Assembly (NCBI GenBank): GCA_951406725.2
Contig: OX597816.1
Coordinates: 49,042,001-49,106,000, forward strand
Source: Octopus vulgaris
Taxonomy: Eukaryota
Length of the DNA stretch: 64,000 nucleotides
Direction of reading: 5' to 3'
The position numbers and the translations under genes were made by a program. The notes under the pieces were generated by a model. That model was not told the origin of the DNA. It worked only from the letters and a program-made list of their open reading frames with translations, and did no database searches. Of this stretch, positions 1 through 12,908 are shown in pieces. Each line of letters starts with the position of its first letter. Positions within the stretch are counted from its first letter, which is position 1.

Positions 1-64
1 TTACTAGTTGCGAAAGCTATATTACATAAAAATTCAATTCCAACGTATGTGTATTTGTGTGTGT

Positions 65-98
<34 letters not shown>

Positions 99-111
99 CA
101 GTGAACCTGTG

Positions 112-300
112 CACTGGGCAAAATGCTGAGCGGCATTTCGCCCGTCTACACATTCCGAGTTCATATTCCGCTGAGGTCAATTTTACCTTTCATCCTTTCA
201 GGGTCTATAAAATAAGTAGCATTTAAACTCTGGTGTCGATGTAATTGATTTACTCCCATCCACGAAATCACAGGCCTTATGCCAAAATTTGAAACCAGTA
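112..300 (+). mobile_element. SINE family B, degenerate partial copy
   Basis: Matches the 53045 copy (gagttca-attccgc-gaggtc, cctttcatcctttc-gggtc-ataaa). Confidence 0.75.
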
Positions 301-331
301 CGTACGTACATACAAACATACATACATACAT

Positions 332-504
332 GTTTGTTCCTTCTCGAGCCATGCATGGCCCATTAGGGCCGGTTTCCCGGTTTCCTTGGCGTATAGGTTC
401 CCCACCTGAACGGGATGCCGGTCCGTCGCAGGTGAGCTGCAAGATGCAGGAGGAAAGAGTGAGAGAAAGTTGTGGTGAAAGAGTCAGCAGAAGTTTGCCA
501 TTAC

Positions 505-505
<1 letters not shown>
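332..505 (-). mobile_element. SINE family C, partial copy (body plus tail variant 1)
   Basis: Shares gaaagagtgagagaaagttgtggtgaaagagt with the 9400 and 19595 copies. Confidence 0.65.
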
Positions 506-566
<61 letters not shown>

Positions 567-810
567 AATAGACACACACTCACACACATACAATTTTTTT
601 CAAAGTTTTATTTCTTACTGCTGAAGTTTTTTCTAAAAATTTTATACTTTGAAAAGACATACAGTTTATTGAACTTTCATTCTGTTGTACCACGTAGATA
701 ACTGATATTCTCAGTGATAGATTCATGTTTAGCAACAACAAAAAGGAAACGACAATAAACACGAAATAATTATATATATAAATAGATATTTTGGGTTTAT
801 AACAGTCATA

Positions 811-952
811 GGCACAGGAGTGGCTTTGTGGTAAGTAGCTTACCAACCACATAGTTCCGGATTCAGTCCCACTGCGTGGCATCTTGGGCATGTGTCTTCT
901 ACTATAGCCTCGGGTCGACCAAAGCCTTGTGAGTGTATTTGAAAGAAGCCCG

Positions 953-1011
<59 letters not shown>

Positions 1012-1218
1012 ATATGTTTGTGTGTCAATGTTTGTCTCCCCAAACATTGCTTGACAACCGATGCTGGTGTGTTTAAGTCCCCGTAACTTAGCGGTTCGGC
1101 AAAATAAACCGATAGGATAAGTACTAGGCTTATTCCAAAGAATAATTCGCTCGACTAAAGGCAGTGCTCCATTATGGCCACAGTCTAATGACTGAAACAA
1201 GTAAAAGAGTAAAAGAGA
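811..1218 (+). mobile_element. tRNA-derived SINE family A with internal (TA)n(TG)n
   Basis: A-box-like tggct-tgtggtaag and B-box-like g-ttcagtccc; near-identical to 5838 and 28711 copies; (GTAAAAGA)n tail. Confidence 0.9.
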
Positions 1219-3540
1219 ATGAGTATTTACATTTCAGGGAGGCTAATGAGGGATACCTGATTATCTGGTGGGCTCTTTCCCGCAAAAATACCTCTTTGAT
1301 AGGACTCTGTCCCTTTACAAGACCAGAAGACAGTTTTCTCGTGCTTTGTCAAACTTCTCTCCTCGGATCTGCGTATAAGTATCTTTCACCGTTCTAATTA
1401 TGGATGGAGTGAAACGACATCAACTTTATATTACTATATAACCGTATCATTAACAAATGTTTTGGTAGCTTATAGTTCTAATTTCCATTGCTATAAATCT
1501 GAATTATAGTACAAGTATTAACCGCATTGTCCTAATTTCAATCGAAGTCATGACAGCAACGTCAAATGAAAATCAATGTTAGTGTATGACAGTTTAAACG
1601 GTGATGTCCTCCATGAATTCAGCTGAGCAAATAACTGAATACTGATACAATAGCATCACAATAGCATCGAATATTCGGAGATGTATATTTGCTTCAGTCT
1701 CTGTGCCAAATCAACTCCGGATATAATGTAAATTCCTTCTTAATTCCTGTGGGTCTTTTTAAGCAGATACTTAGCTTTGGCTTCATGGTATAAATCTGAT
1801 TTGAAGCAAACCTCCCTACTGCAGATAGAATTAGTCTGTCGCGGTTAACACTTAATTTCCAGATGATTTAACCAACATCCTTGAGAAGTGATAAAATTAA
1901 TTGGCGTAGGATAAAACACGAAACTCTTTACTACTAGTGATGCGATAGTTCAATGATGTATTTTGTGTGTACGAACGCCCGAGAAGATATTGTATTCAAT
2001 TAATGTTTCGAGTCAGAATAGACACAGTGGCAACTGGTGATAGTTGAGCCAATTGGGTATCGGACGGTGAACTGAAAAATCGTGGTATGTATAATGTGTT
2101 GTACCTCGTCAAAATACTTAGCCTCTAACAGGTTCTGGCTAAAACCGACAAAAACCAAAAACAACATAATAAAACAAACGCTCAACTATCAATAAGTTGT
2201 CCAATATTTTATGTAGTTCAATATTTTATCCGCTCAGCCATCTCGCCTCTAAGGCAGCTTACTGCATTGCTATTCAATTACACTTCTCCAGAAGAAGATA
2301 CGATGAAAAATATAGCTGTCATTTCCATAAGCGAATTGATTTCAGATACTGTAATGTGCAACGGCTAATTTATCAGGACACGATAGCTATCTTCGTGGCA
2401 ACATTTTACTGCTTCCAATGGTGCTAGTATGTTATGATGTAGAATTTGAATTGACATTTTATGAGTTTGTTATGTTCTGTGATTTATTGGGTTCGTTGGA
2501 ACGTCAGTGGAGACATTGTGTTCATATAATAGGTCAAGGCAAGATAGAGGGAGTGAAAACTGTAAATAGCAGAGACGATTAGACGGTTAAGGATTTCGCG
2601 TGAATTATTCTTTAATCGGTACTGCACGCTGGTCAAGATTGTTCGCGTTCAATGTCTCACTCTTGCCAGTTGTAAATATGCATCAAAGGCGGCGATACAG
2701 CACACTTACTGTGTAAAGTGCATATAGACGAAGTGTGACATTTCGTTAACCCGTACAGTTGTGTCAAATTCCATTTATGAAGTTGGTCATAATTAAAACA
2801 TTAGCAACGCTGTTCAGTTCCAGCACTAGTTCTCTAATTACGCAAATATATCTATATCGATCTAGATTAGACGTGAAAACGATCGGTAATTATTTCCTCT
2901 TGTTTTTTCAGGTTCATACTTTTATTTAAGCCCATCACTGATAGCTAACAGAAACACTCGTGTTTAATATAATGCTTTTGAGTTCATACATTATCATTTT
3001 TAAATGATTCTATTAAAAGAGTAAGGGCGGTGACCATGATATTTTTCCGGGCTTCCCTGAGCGGAGTGAAAAAAAAATATACTCAGATCGGAATCTAACC
3101 CGAATGGTTGTAATCCTTTATGCTCCGCTAAAGGCACAGAAGGGCCTAATGGTGGTATTAAACTAAGCGACGGATTAAGTATAATGCTGAGTAAGGACAG
3201 CTCGACTTACAGCAACTGTTTATCGATTCTTTTTATCAGCGGCACATCGCAGCCCCAGAAGGCAGGGTAAGAACTTCTGATTTATTAATCCAGGGGTTAC
3301 CAAACGTTTTTTCTTTCTCCAGTGTATCCGTTTGTCACATCCTGCAGTGTTAGTGTACACATCATGAAGAATATACACTGAAATGGTTGAATACCATAAA
3401 ACAGACAATAGTGGATACCATTTTATGGATAACATGAAACAATGCATAATTTGTCATTATGTGTAGAAGTCAAGACGTGCAAACAACATATTTAACGTAT
3501 CGTTTTATTTCATAAAATCTATTCATGAAATATAAAGGTA

Positions 3541-4100
3541 CTAGCAGTATCGCCCGGCGTTGCTCGGGTTTGTAAGGGAAATAACTATATAAGCATTTTT
3601 AGAGAGTTATAGCAAAAAAAATAGCAAAAAATGCATTAAAAATGGAAAAAAATTGTGGTAAATTTTTTTTTTAATCGTTGACTCATCGTAGACATTTTCT
3701 GTTTTGGTGTCTTCAAGCCATGAAGTCGTTGTTCTAAAAGAACGCTGGTCTCCTTGACAACGCTTTACGACGTTGATTTCCTTACACTCCCTTCCCCACA
3801 GCTTCACGAGGGAGGGAAGAAGGGGGAGAACCAACACAGGTGCAGGCGTGAGCGTGGACGCCAACTCCGCCGCCATCGACACACGAAAAAATATGCATTA
3901 AAATGGAATAAAAAATGTTAAATTATTTTAAAAATCGTAGACTCATCGTAGACGCGCGCTAATACCCAGACGGGCTCGATATGAATCATGACTATAAGAT
4001 ACCCGGTTTTGGTTAAACTGCACCGCTAAATGTGGGAGTAGTTAGGAATCTAAATCGAAGGGGACAGACACTCACACAACTACAGTTTTATATATATAGA
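3541..4100 (-). mobile_element. Non-autonomous Helitron
   Basis: On the minus strand: 5' TC, subterminal hairpin CCCGAGCAACGCCGGG, 3' CTAG, inserted between A and T. Confidence 0.8.
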
Positions 4101-5489
4101 TATATTTATTGAAATGTAGTTTAGATTACGTCAAAATTCCAGTGTTTTTACAAATCTCGCTTACCCAGGTAATTTCATTTTTTGAAAATCCCTAAAAGTA
4201 ATCAGTGGATAACTAACTATCACCCAATCGAAGATCTTCAAAGTTTTGTTATTGTTTACGCTAAAATCATTGAATAGGAATTATTTGTCCTATGCATGCG
4301 ACATCAAACTTTACAGTAAATCATTTCAGACATTCGTAGTTCTCGTTTTATATAAAAAAAATACAAAAAATATTTTTCTTTTACTAAGTTTGAAACAAAA
4401 ATGTTCTGCCAAACTTCGAAAATATGTAGAAAATGTATAAAAAATATGTTAAACGCGTTCGTTTTTTTTATCCTTTATCACAACATCGACATAGTGTAAA
4501 TATTTGTGGAAGATACAATAAAGAGTAAAATAAAATCGAGAAGTCACACAACTAGTGAAAGAATATTGAAAATGAAAACAGATTTCACTTGAAATTCGTA
4601 TCAGCTTTTAGGCTCAGTCAGAAGTCGTTTGTTCTGTATTAATGGTTTTATAGATTATGAAATCACGCATGCGCGTCGTTATAAGTGGAGTAGAGAGGAC
4701 AAAATATAGGATGTGCAGTGAATACATTTATTTATTCCATATAATTCTTTCCTTTGCTCAAGTTGTTTAATCCCTGAGCAACACATATTATCCTGGTTCT
4801 CTTTTTAGAATCCAATGTCTTAAAGTTTTAATACGCCATGGAAATATATCATCCGATATACATTAGATTTTTAAGACGGCATGGTGTAATTTCAGAGTGA
4901 TTTGGCTGAAACTTCTAGGAAGTCGAGCATTAGATTCATTCATATGCTCGACTTTCTGTGGAGGCGATAGACAGATGACTGCATTTTTAAATAACAATAT
5001 AAAAAATAAAGGAAATTAAATTGTATCAATCTTAGTTGCTACGTTTTTCGCTCCTTACAAATAATTGTTCACGGCATGGTCTTGCTTCGACATTAAATAA
5101 CTGCTCTACATGCTGCAAATTTCGGCATTATAGTTTCAGTGATATCAGTTATCACAGTAGTATTTTGACTAGAATTTGTTTGAAAGTTCGAAGAAATATT
5201 TTGCGGTTTTCTACCGGCTCCTTATTCAAAGAATCCAAATCTCGGCGAGGTCAAAATTGCTTCTCATTTCTCCAGAATCGATAAAATAAAGTTGCAGTCA
5301 ATTACTGGAGTTGATGTAATTGACTAACGCCTCACCTCAACAATTGCTGGCCTTGATCCTAATTCAGAGGCAATTATTTTGAAAAGTTGCATCAAAGTAT
5401 TGTGCTATTCTCCAAGGATGAACGTCGTTTCTATACTAGATTCCTTCAGTATTTATTCGTCGTTGCCGACGTTTTATCGTGTGTCAGAT

Positions 5490-6490
5490 AATTTATTTGG
5501 TTTCTTCTTGACCACTTCTTCCCCTCTGTCGATGTATATGCTTCTGATGACTAAAGCAGCATCTATTGCAAAGTACCCAAGGGATCCGTGGTAGAGGATT
5601 TAGCTGTTGCTGCCTCCATTGCCTTTCTTGTCGTCTCTGTTCCTCTTTCCTCTGTCGTTCAGCTTCAAAATGATCTGTCACAGTGGAGATGGATCGATGC
5701 CAACTGGGCCTGTTCTGAGCTTTAATGTCCTGTGCTTTCGGATCGATTCGACTCAGTTTTAGGCTTTGCTTCAGCTGATCCTTGTATCAATGGAAGGGAC
5801 GGCCACGGAGTCTTCTTCCAGTGGAAAGCTCACCATAGGCGCAGGAGTGGCTGTGTGGTAAGTAGCTTGCTAACCAACCACATGGTTCCGGGTTCAGTCC
5901 TACTGCGTGGCATCTTGGGCAAGTGTCTTCTGCTATAGCCCCGGGCCGACCAATGCCTTGTGAGTGGATTTGGTAGACGGAAATTGAAAGAACCCTGTCG
6001 TATATATGTATATATGTATGTATATGTGTTTGTGTGTCTATGTTTGTCCCCCTAGCATTGCTTGACAACCGATGCTGGTGTGTTTACGTCCCCGTCACTT
6101 AGCGGTTCGGCAAAAAGAGACCGATAGAATAAGTACTGGGCTTACAAAAAATAAGTCCCGGGGTCGATTTGCTCGACTAAAGGCGGTGCTCCAGCATGGC
6201 CGCAGTCAAATGACTGAAACAAGTAAAAGAGTAAAAGAGAATATAAAATTTGACGCGGCAGCCTGGTTTTTTTTCATTCTTGCTAGTGACCCGCCCATTT
6301 CAGACGATGTTTCAGGATGGTAGCCTTGATGCCGCATTTCGTTCTCTCCAAAACGGAGACATCGGTCACATAGGCGTTCCATTTGATATTCATAATCGAG
6401 TGGAGCTTCTGTTGGTGAAATCGCTCTAGTTGTTTGACGTCACTTCGGTAAAGAGTCCAGGTTTCACAATCACAGAGGAGTGTGGACAGT
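5490..6490 (-). mobile_element. RTE-clade LINE 3' fragment, interrupted by a SINE
   Basis: Minus-strand translation LLCDCETWTLYRSDVKQLERFHQQKL...LKWAGH...RLPRQILY|GELSTGRRLRGRP..YKDQLKQSLK, typical RTE ORF2 C-terminus with stops. Confidence 0.85.
5838..6240 (+). mobile_element. SINE family A, full length, nested in RTE LINE
   Basis: Full head-to-tail match to 811 and 28711; splits the LINE at ILY|GEL with a possible ATA duplication. Confidence 0.92.
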
Positions 6491-7625
6491 GTTTATTATG
6501 TTACCTGTATTAGTCGTGCAATTGTTGACTCAGTCTGAATTAGCTTTAATAAATTCCAGCTTAACTGCACACAGATATAAAATAGAATAAATTATCAAGA
6601 CATCTGAATGTATTTTATGGCGTAAAACAAACACTAATCAGGTGACTAATGACTCCAACAATAATCTCCGGTACAAAAAAAAAAAAAATTATCTAAACAC
6701 TAACAAGCGATATCAGTTTTTAAAATGTATAGATAACATCCAGTAGTCAAGACAAACTTAGTTAATTAACTGAATAGAAAATTGCATTACTTTAATCACA
6801 ATAAAGTAAATGCAATTTCTCGAACTCACTCATATGCAAATGTATTAAGCTACTAAAAGCGAATCTTGATTTTTGTAAAAAACATACATACACCACAACT
6901 TAAGATAGTCTACAGAGCTGAACATGGAGAACACATTGTGATTTTTCTCCAGTTTGTTTAAACGTTTAACGCTTTGACATCAGTGGGTCTAAATATTAAT
7001 ATAAAAGCGACAGATTTTACTAGAAGGATGATGTGGAAAGAGAAAGGTGAGCTTAAACCTCTATAAATAGCCGGGAGGTCACCGCGACAACACCTGTTAA
7101 GTCAATTTCTTACTTCCTAGCTAGAGAATCACGCCATAGGTTATGCCGTTAGGAAGAGATAACATCATTAATGTCAAATTCTGTTTGAGGCTAACATTTG
7201 AAATAAATTTGAAAATAGCACAATGAACCTTATTTCGCAATCATACACATCTTGCACAAATGTTAAACAAAATTTGCATACACATTTGTGATCCAATAAA
7301 CCACCAGGTCAGAAATATGAGTGAGGCGACAATTAACAAGGAAACAGATTACGATCATCAACAATTTACATGTAACGAACTCAGAATGTAGACTACCAAC
7401 TAACAGACGTTCTGCTTGGAAAATACAAATGTGAAGTTTCACAAATGCACCGAAAAGCGTTGATCACACGCTACTCGTTATATTACATGTAACGCCTCTG
7501 TCAGCTAATGATGAGCATGCACTTGCTCATGTCTATGTAGGACTGGAAAAATGTTTTGAGAAAGGCTGACAGTTGCCTATGCATGCAAGTTTCGTCTCTC
7601 GACACCACTAATGTTTATGCCTTTG

Positions 7626-7669
7626 AGCGTGTGTTTGTATATGTATGCACCTGTCTCCTTGTGTGTGCA

Positions 7670-7713
<44 letters not shown>

Positions 7714-7985
7714 GCACACAAGGAGACAGAGGTGCATACATATACAAACACATGCTTACACACACACATACATAGAAATACACAAACACGGACATGTAAG
7801 CACATGAATATGCAGAACACGTACATACAGATGCACACACATGCATACATATACATTTGCATACACGCACATATATATATACATACACGCACATGCATAC
7901 ATACACACATACATACATACATACATGCATACATACTACATGCATGCATGTATAGGCACACACACACACACACACACACACACTG
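7626..7985. repeat. Compound (GT)n/(CA)n microsatellite containing an inverted repeat
   Basis: Direct inspection. Confidence 0.9.
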
Positions 7986-9223
7986 ACCCACACATATGCG
8001 CACAAACAAACAAAAAGGAACGCAGTGTAAATAACGGAAAAGGTAAGACGCAACGAAAATAAGTGGAAATTTTACTGGTGAGTGTGTTACATTATAAGGC
8101 ACGAAAAGAAAATGACTCTCCCCAGACACAAGAGAGTATATGATACATCTGCTCTTAAGAAAAACTGACCTACACAGACATTTGACTTATTAGAACTAGC
8201 TGGCAAATCTTCTTTAAATCACACTCTGAAGACTTCGAAAATGAAGGATACACTGGAAAATGTATTGCAAGGTCACTTGCAGAAAAAAAAAGAAAAATGT
8301 AAAGAAAATAATGTATGATAATTATTGGAATGTCTTTTATCATAGGTCAGTTTGATCAGTGCTGACTTAGTGATAAACAGCAAGAAGCACTGAACTCGCC
8401 TCTACCTGCCGACACAGCAAGAAATCCTTTTATGATTATGAAACTGCTGTATTGCTAACTTCCCAATAATTTCCATTGTCATCTTGTAAGAAAACTAATT
8501 CTTTTATCTTGACTTAGAACATACTCTGTCTGTTTGTCTCTGTCTTTTTTTCTAATTCTCTCTGCTAATGTCAAGGCAATTATGATATGATTTTACGAAA
8601 ATTGATTGTGTTTATTTTTCAGTGTAGTCTCTGACGGTAAATGATGCAGTAAATGATAATCACATATGTATCCCACCCTTCATCTATAATCTCTACTGCT
8701 ATGAATTCTCTTGATCTCTTTTATACATATTACTAACATTTTAAACAATTATATCACAACTAAGAAAATACTAATTCATTTAGAACGATAACCTACCTCT
8801 ACAAACTAGTTAACATTCCACGTCACTTTTTACCATCCTGACATACATACTATTACAATTCATGTTGTAATTTCGCAGCAATTGCTTGAGTTCTGTCAGT
8901 ATTACTTGCATTCAATGCATTTCCATTGGTATTATAAGATGTATTTTCGTTTCTTCATTGCACATTAAATGAGGGTCTCAGACTCTGTTTACCAGGAATA
9001 TGTCTCCTCTAAACGTTTTCTTTGTTTTTGTGCTACATATTAAAACTATGTACATGGTCTGTGATACGTATTATGCCGTAGCGTTTCATGCGTTTTGCAT
9101 GCTTGCACTTGTTGCGAGTTAGGGAAGGTGACTCAAGCTTGCTGTATCGGGCAGTTTTATGGTATTATGGTATGCTACTTGGGTAACTCTTTGCAGAACA
9201 ACTATTGTGTATATCTTTATCTA

Positions 9224-9305
9224 CCTCTGAAGAGATTCGACTTTCAAATAATTTTTAATTTAGTTAATTAATTTTTTGAGGTTCTGAATTGAAACAGCTG
9301 TAAGG
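9224..9305 (+). ncRNA. Type I hammerhead ribozyme motif (Penelope-like, palindromic stem III)
   Basis: cct-CUGAAGA-gauuc...gaauu-GAAA-cagcu-GUA-agg: all core nucleotides present; stem I ccu/agg, stem II gauuc/gaauu, stem III ACAGCUGU self-complementary. Confidence 0.65.
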
Positions 9306-9358
9306 GATGTTTGTCAATGTTTTAAATTAATAAATAATAATCTTAGTATTATAATAAA

Positions 9359-9399
<41 letters not shown>

Positions 9400-9400
<1 letters not shown>

Positions 9401-9700
9401 TCAATCATTTATACCGACCAGACCATCAGATGTTGTTACACATCGCTGGTCACAATGCGTTCGCATTGTTTTAGCCTTCGAATGACGCCACCCCGCTGGC
9501 TAAGCGAGCAGTCCAACAGAAGAAAGAGTGGGAGAAAGAGTGGTGAAAGAGTACAGCAGGGATCACCACCCCCTGCCGGAGCGTCGTGGAGCTTTTAGGT
9601 GTTTTCGCTCAATAAACACTCACAACGCCCGGTCTGGGAATCGAAACCGCGATCCTGCGACCGCGAGTCCGCTGCCCTAACCACCTGGCCATTGCGCCTC

Positions 9701-9702
<2 letters not shown>
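9400..9702 (-). mobile_element. tRNA-derived SINE family C, full length (tail variant 2)
   Basis: Minus strand begins GGAGGCGCAATGGCCAGGTGGTTAGGGCAGCGGACTCGCGG...GGTTTCGATTCCC (A and B boxes); flanked by microsatellites. Confidence 0.88.
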
Positions 9703-9774
<72 letters not shown>

Positions 9775-9787
9775 CATACACACACAT

Positions 9788-9819
<32 letters not shown>

Positions 9820-9945
9820 GAACCACTGTTTATATAGTAACCTTGCAGTTGAGTATTAAATATAATGTTCAATACTCTTTGTATAGGTAATTAAGCAGTA
9901 CTTTCATAGTATTTTGCTATCCCTGAATGGGGTTTGTAACGTTCA

Positions 9946-9981
<36 letters not shown>

Positions 9982-10299
9982 AGTGTTTGTGTGTGTGTGT
10001 ATATATTTGGTGCTACCTGACAGAATATACTTCACCGAAGAGATCTGATGAGGCTGAAACTTGTGAACGTATGACATGATAGTGTACACAACAGTTGGAG
10101 ATGAATATTTGCACACCAAATAATCAGTTAATCACACTGAGATTTTGATAATACTGAAGAAGAAGAATGACTAATACTATTTAACACAAAACTACTTATC
10201 AATGATACCAAATCTGAACTGACTCAGCACAAATTCTTTGCATTATGTGGCATAAATGCGTTAATCAACGGATATATGTCCTATATCCTACAATAATTC

Positions 10300-12100
10300 A
10301 ATATTGTTTATTTGGAGGTTTAATGTGTGCTGTTGACATAAATAAACCCAAGGAAAAGCTATCTGACAGACAAACGTTTTTGAACCTAAATCATTAAGAA
10401 AAAGAACTAGCGAACGATCTTCTGTTAAAGGCTTAATGCATATGATTCTTTATGTAAATTTCATCAACCAAATATAATTCAGAAGCTGAGCTAATAAAAT
10501 TTTCTTTGTATTTTATTTGCTTAGGAAAAATTAAAATTCTCGATTATCGCAGAACTTCTCCTAAAGAAACCATTATAGACTTAGCGATATTGTTGTCATT
10601 GTGCAGTGAGAATGAATATTTTGCTACTTATAGGGGCTATAATAAAAGAAAATCTGGTAAGCATTAATTAACGGAGTGAAATTGCAATAATTACACTCAT
10701 CCAAGTCTTGTCCTGCATATATATACTTAAATTGTGGTAAATTCTGGCCAATTTCTGAAGATCCTACACATAATTTAGCCAGTTCGGTTCATGACGTTGA
10801 TGTGAAGAATATTAGTCCTAAACAGTCAGACCATTGGTAAGTGACTTTACGATATTAGTTGTGTCGTAAATGGTAAATTACATCGGCTTTTTTTTATATT
10901 GAATGAACACCCAATTGAAACTCAATTGGATACTGGTTAAATATGTTTCATCATCATTTCGGGATTGTTGTTAATAAATTTAGTGCTTATCGAATCTACT
11001 GACAGACATTTAGCTTGTTGTGATGGTTCAAGACTAGAGCTACTTGATGCAGCAGCAATTTTGCTTGCCTTTCGAGATGAACAGAATTTCAGTTTTGTTT
11101 TGATTGAAAGACCATATAACTTTGGAGTAATTAGTATACACATTTTGATAAGTCCATTGCTTTATGTCTGGTAAGGCAATAACGTTAAAGTTTCATTACT
11201 GGATGGAAGTAAAATATCTCTTGTGAGTGATTAATTCCAGTAAACGTAGGTGCTAGGTAGAAAATAAACCCACTGTCTTGATGTAACAGGAAACAATGCC
11301 ATATCCATATGAAAGTATCAACAATGAAATGCTAATTGCTCAGGAGCTAAAGGATGAATTCTGTCTGATTGGTTCAGATGGGGGATGGCAAGAAGTTGTA
11401 TGCAATAAATGAAAGCAATTGCCTTCACTTAGTCAATAGCTTTGGATGGTTCCAAAATTGTATGAAGTCTATTACGAAGAAAATTAACGGATTGATTACC
11501 TATCAAGGTGACATATTCCTCTTTGCAGCAGCCCAAAATAAAATGGAGAATCGAGAAACTGCAGTTATTGCGAGACTAAAAGACGCCAATGTATCCATTA
11601 ACCCAAATAAATGCATTGATCATGCATCCTTCATAAATTTCATCGCAATTAATATTTCAGCGAAGATGAAACCATTATTTAATTCAACGGACATGATTCA
11701 ATGGATCAATGTTCTTTAATCTAAAGAAGAAACTGAAAAATATTTGTCTGAGAAACAATTATTATCACATGAAAATTTGGATGTAGTCGAGCCTCATCTT
11801 GCAGCAAAAAAGGTGTTGCTCGAAGAACAGGCCTTTGGGTTTATAAAGACAAAACCTGCACACTATTCTGTGTTGGTAACATTTTCTACCATATATCAAG
11901 CAACTGTTAATGTGGAGGCTTCTGGACATTAGAGAATATTGCAAGTGAAACCTATGCGATGCTATGTTGTGCTGATATATTGAGATATTTTCTGTTATGG
12001 AAATTTTTCATACAGGACGCTGATCATAGATCGTTAAACTGTTTTTAATCAAGAATCTTGATGTTCCAACAGAGCTTCCTAGCGCATTCCCTATATTATC
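10300..12100 (+). mobile_element. Ty3/Gypsy LTR retrotransposon internal relic (gag zinc knuckles, protease, RT, RNase H)
   Basis: Decayed LHSSKSCPA..LNCGK.GQ knuckles near 10690-10760; ETQLDTG near 10920; RT FQNCM..ITYQGDIFLFA..INPNKC (YxDD mutated); RNase H AF..IK..VNVEASG; LTRs not seen. Confidence 0.78.
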
Positions 12101-12329
12101 AAAAATTCGGTTACAAAATCTTTGCATGGTCTGATAAAACCACAAATCTTAATAGTAAATGAAGTATGACTAAAACCATTTTGATTCAGGGTTCATTATA
12201 TATGTATAACATACTGATATTGTTATGGTCGAATGAACTTTTTCTGGCACTCAATTAAAAGTAACAAAAATCACTTTAAAGTAAGTACACCACATGTTCA
12301 GTGAAAAAAATTGGTGTTGATCAAGTATA

Positions 12330-12908
12330 GGGGATCTTTACCTTTTGACCGACTGATTTAAAAAATAATTTTTTGTAACTAAACACTTTCAAACTTCGGA
12401 CACTGGTAGAATGTGTCATATAAAACATCTTTTACTCTTAGCGTTTTTGACGTGTATTCAGCTGAATAAAATTACTGCCGTTGTTTGTCAACAACAACTA
12501 TCGGCGGTGTATTTTTCGTTTGTCATTGTTATTTATGACATTGTGCGTTTGTACTGGTTTTACCTTTAAGGTTTTAGGGTTAGGGTGTTAGGGATTTAGG
12601 GTTAGGGTTAAGGTTTTAGGGTTAGGGTTAGCGTTTTAGGGTTAGTGTTGTCATAAATAACAGTGACAAACGAAATATACACCGCCGGAAGTTCTTGTTG
12701 ACAAACAACGGCAGTAATTTTATTCAGCTAAATACACGTCATTGATTGGTTGAAATCACCAAAATACTACAACTTTAACGTGAAATAACTTTCTAAATAT
12801 AAGCTTTTCTCAAAAACGCTAAGAGTAAAAGATGTTTTATATGACAAATTCTACCAGTGTCCGAAGTTTGATAGTTACAAAAAATTACTTTTTAAATCTG
12901 TCAGTCAA
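12330..12908. mobile_element. Palindromic MITE with a (TTAGGG)n-like core
   Basis: Arm 12345-12540 is an inverted repeat of 12647-12908; core 12568-12645 is degenerate TTAGGG/TTTTAGGG. Confidence 0.85.

Noticed and set aside
8226-8242. CTGAAGACTTCGAAA hammerhead-like string
   Set aside because: No stem II or stem III; lies in an old dispersed repeat
9630-9702. tRNA-like sequence
   Set aside because: Continues into a SINE body and lacks a proper acceptor stem; it is a SINE head, not a tRNA gene
10031-10068. CTGATGAGGCTGAAAC hammerhead-like string
   Set aside because: No formable stem II or proper NUH/stem I arrangement; at best a heavily decayed motif
10525-10836. Two exon-like open segments (10525-10656 and 10761-10836) with GTAAG donors
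   Set aside because: No INTU similarity; they lie within the Gypsy gag/zinc-knuckle/protease relic; direct splicing to 24360 would create TGA
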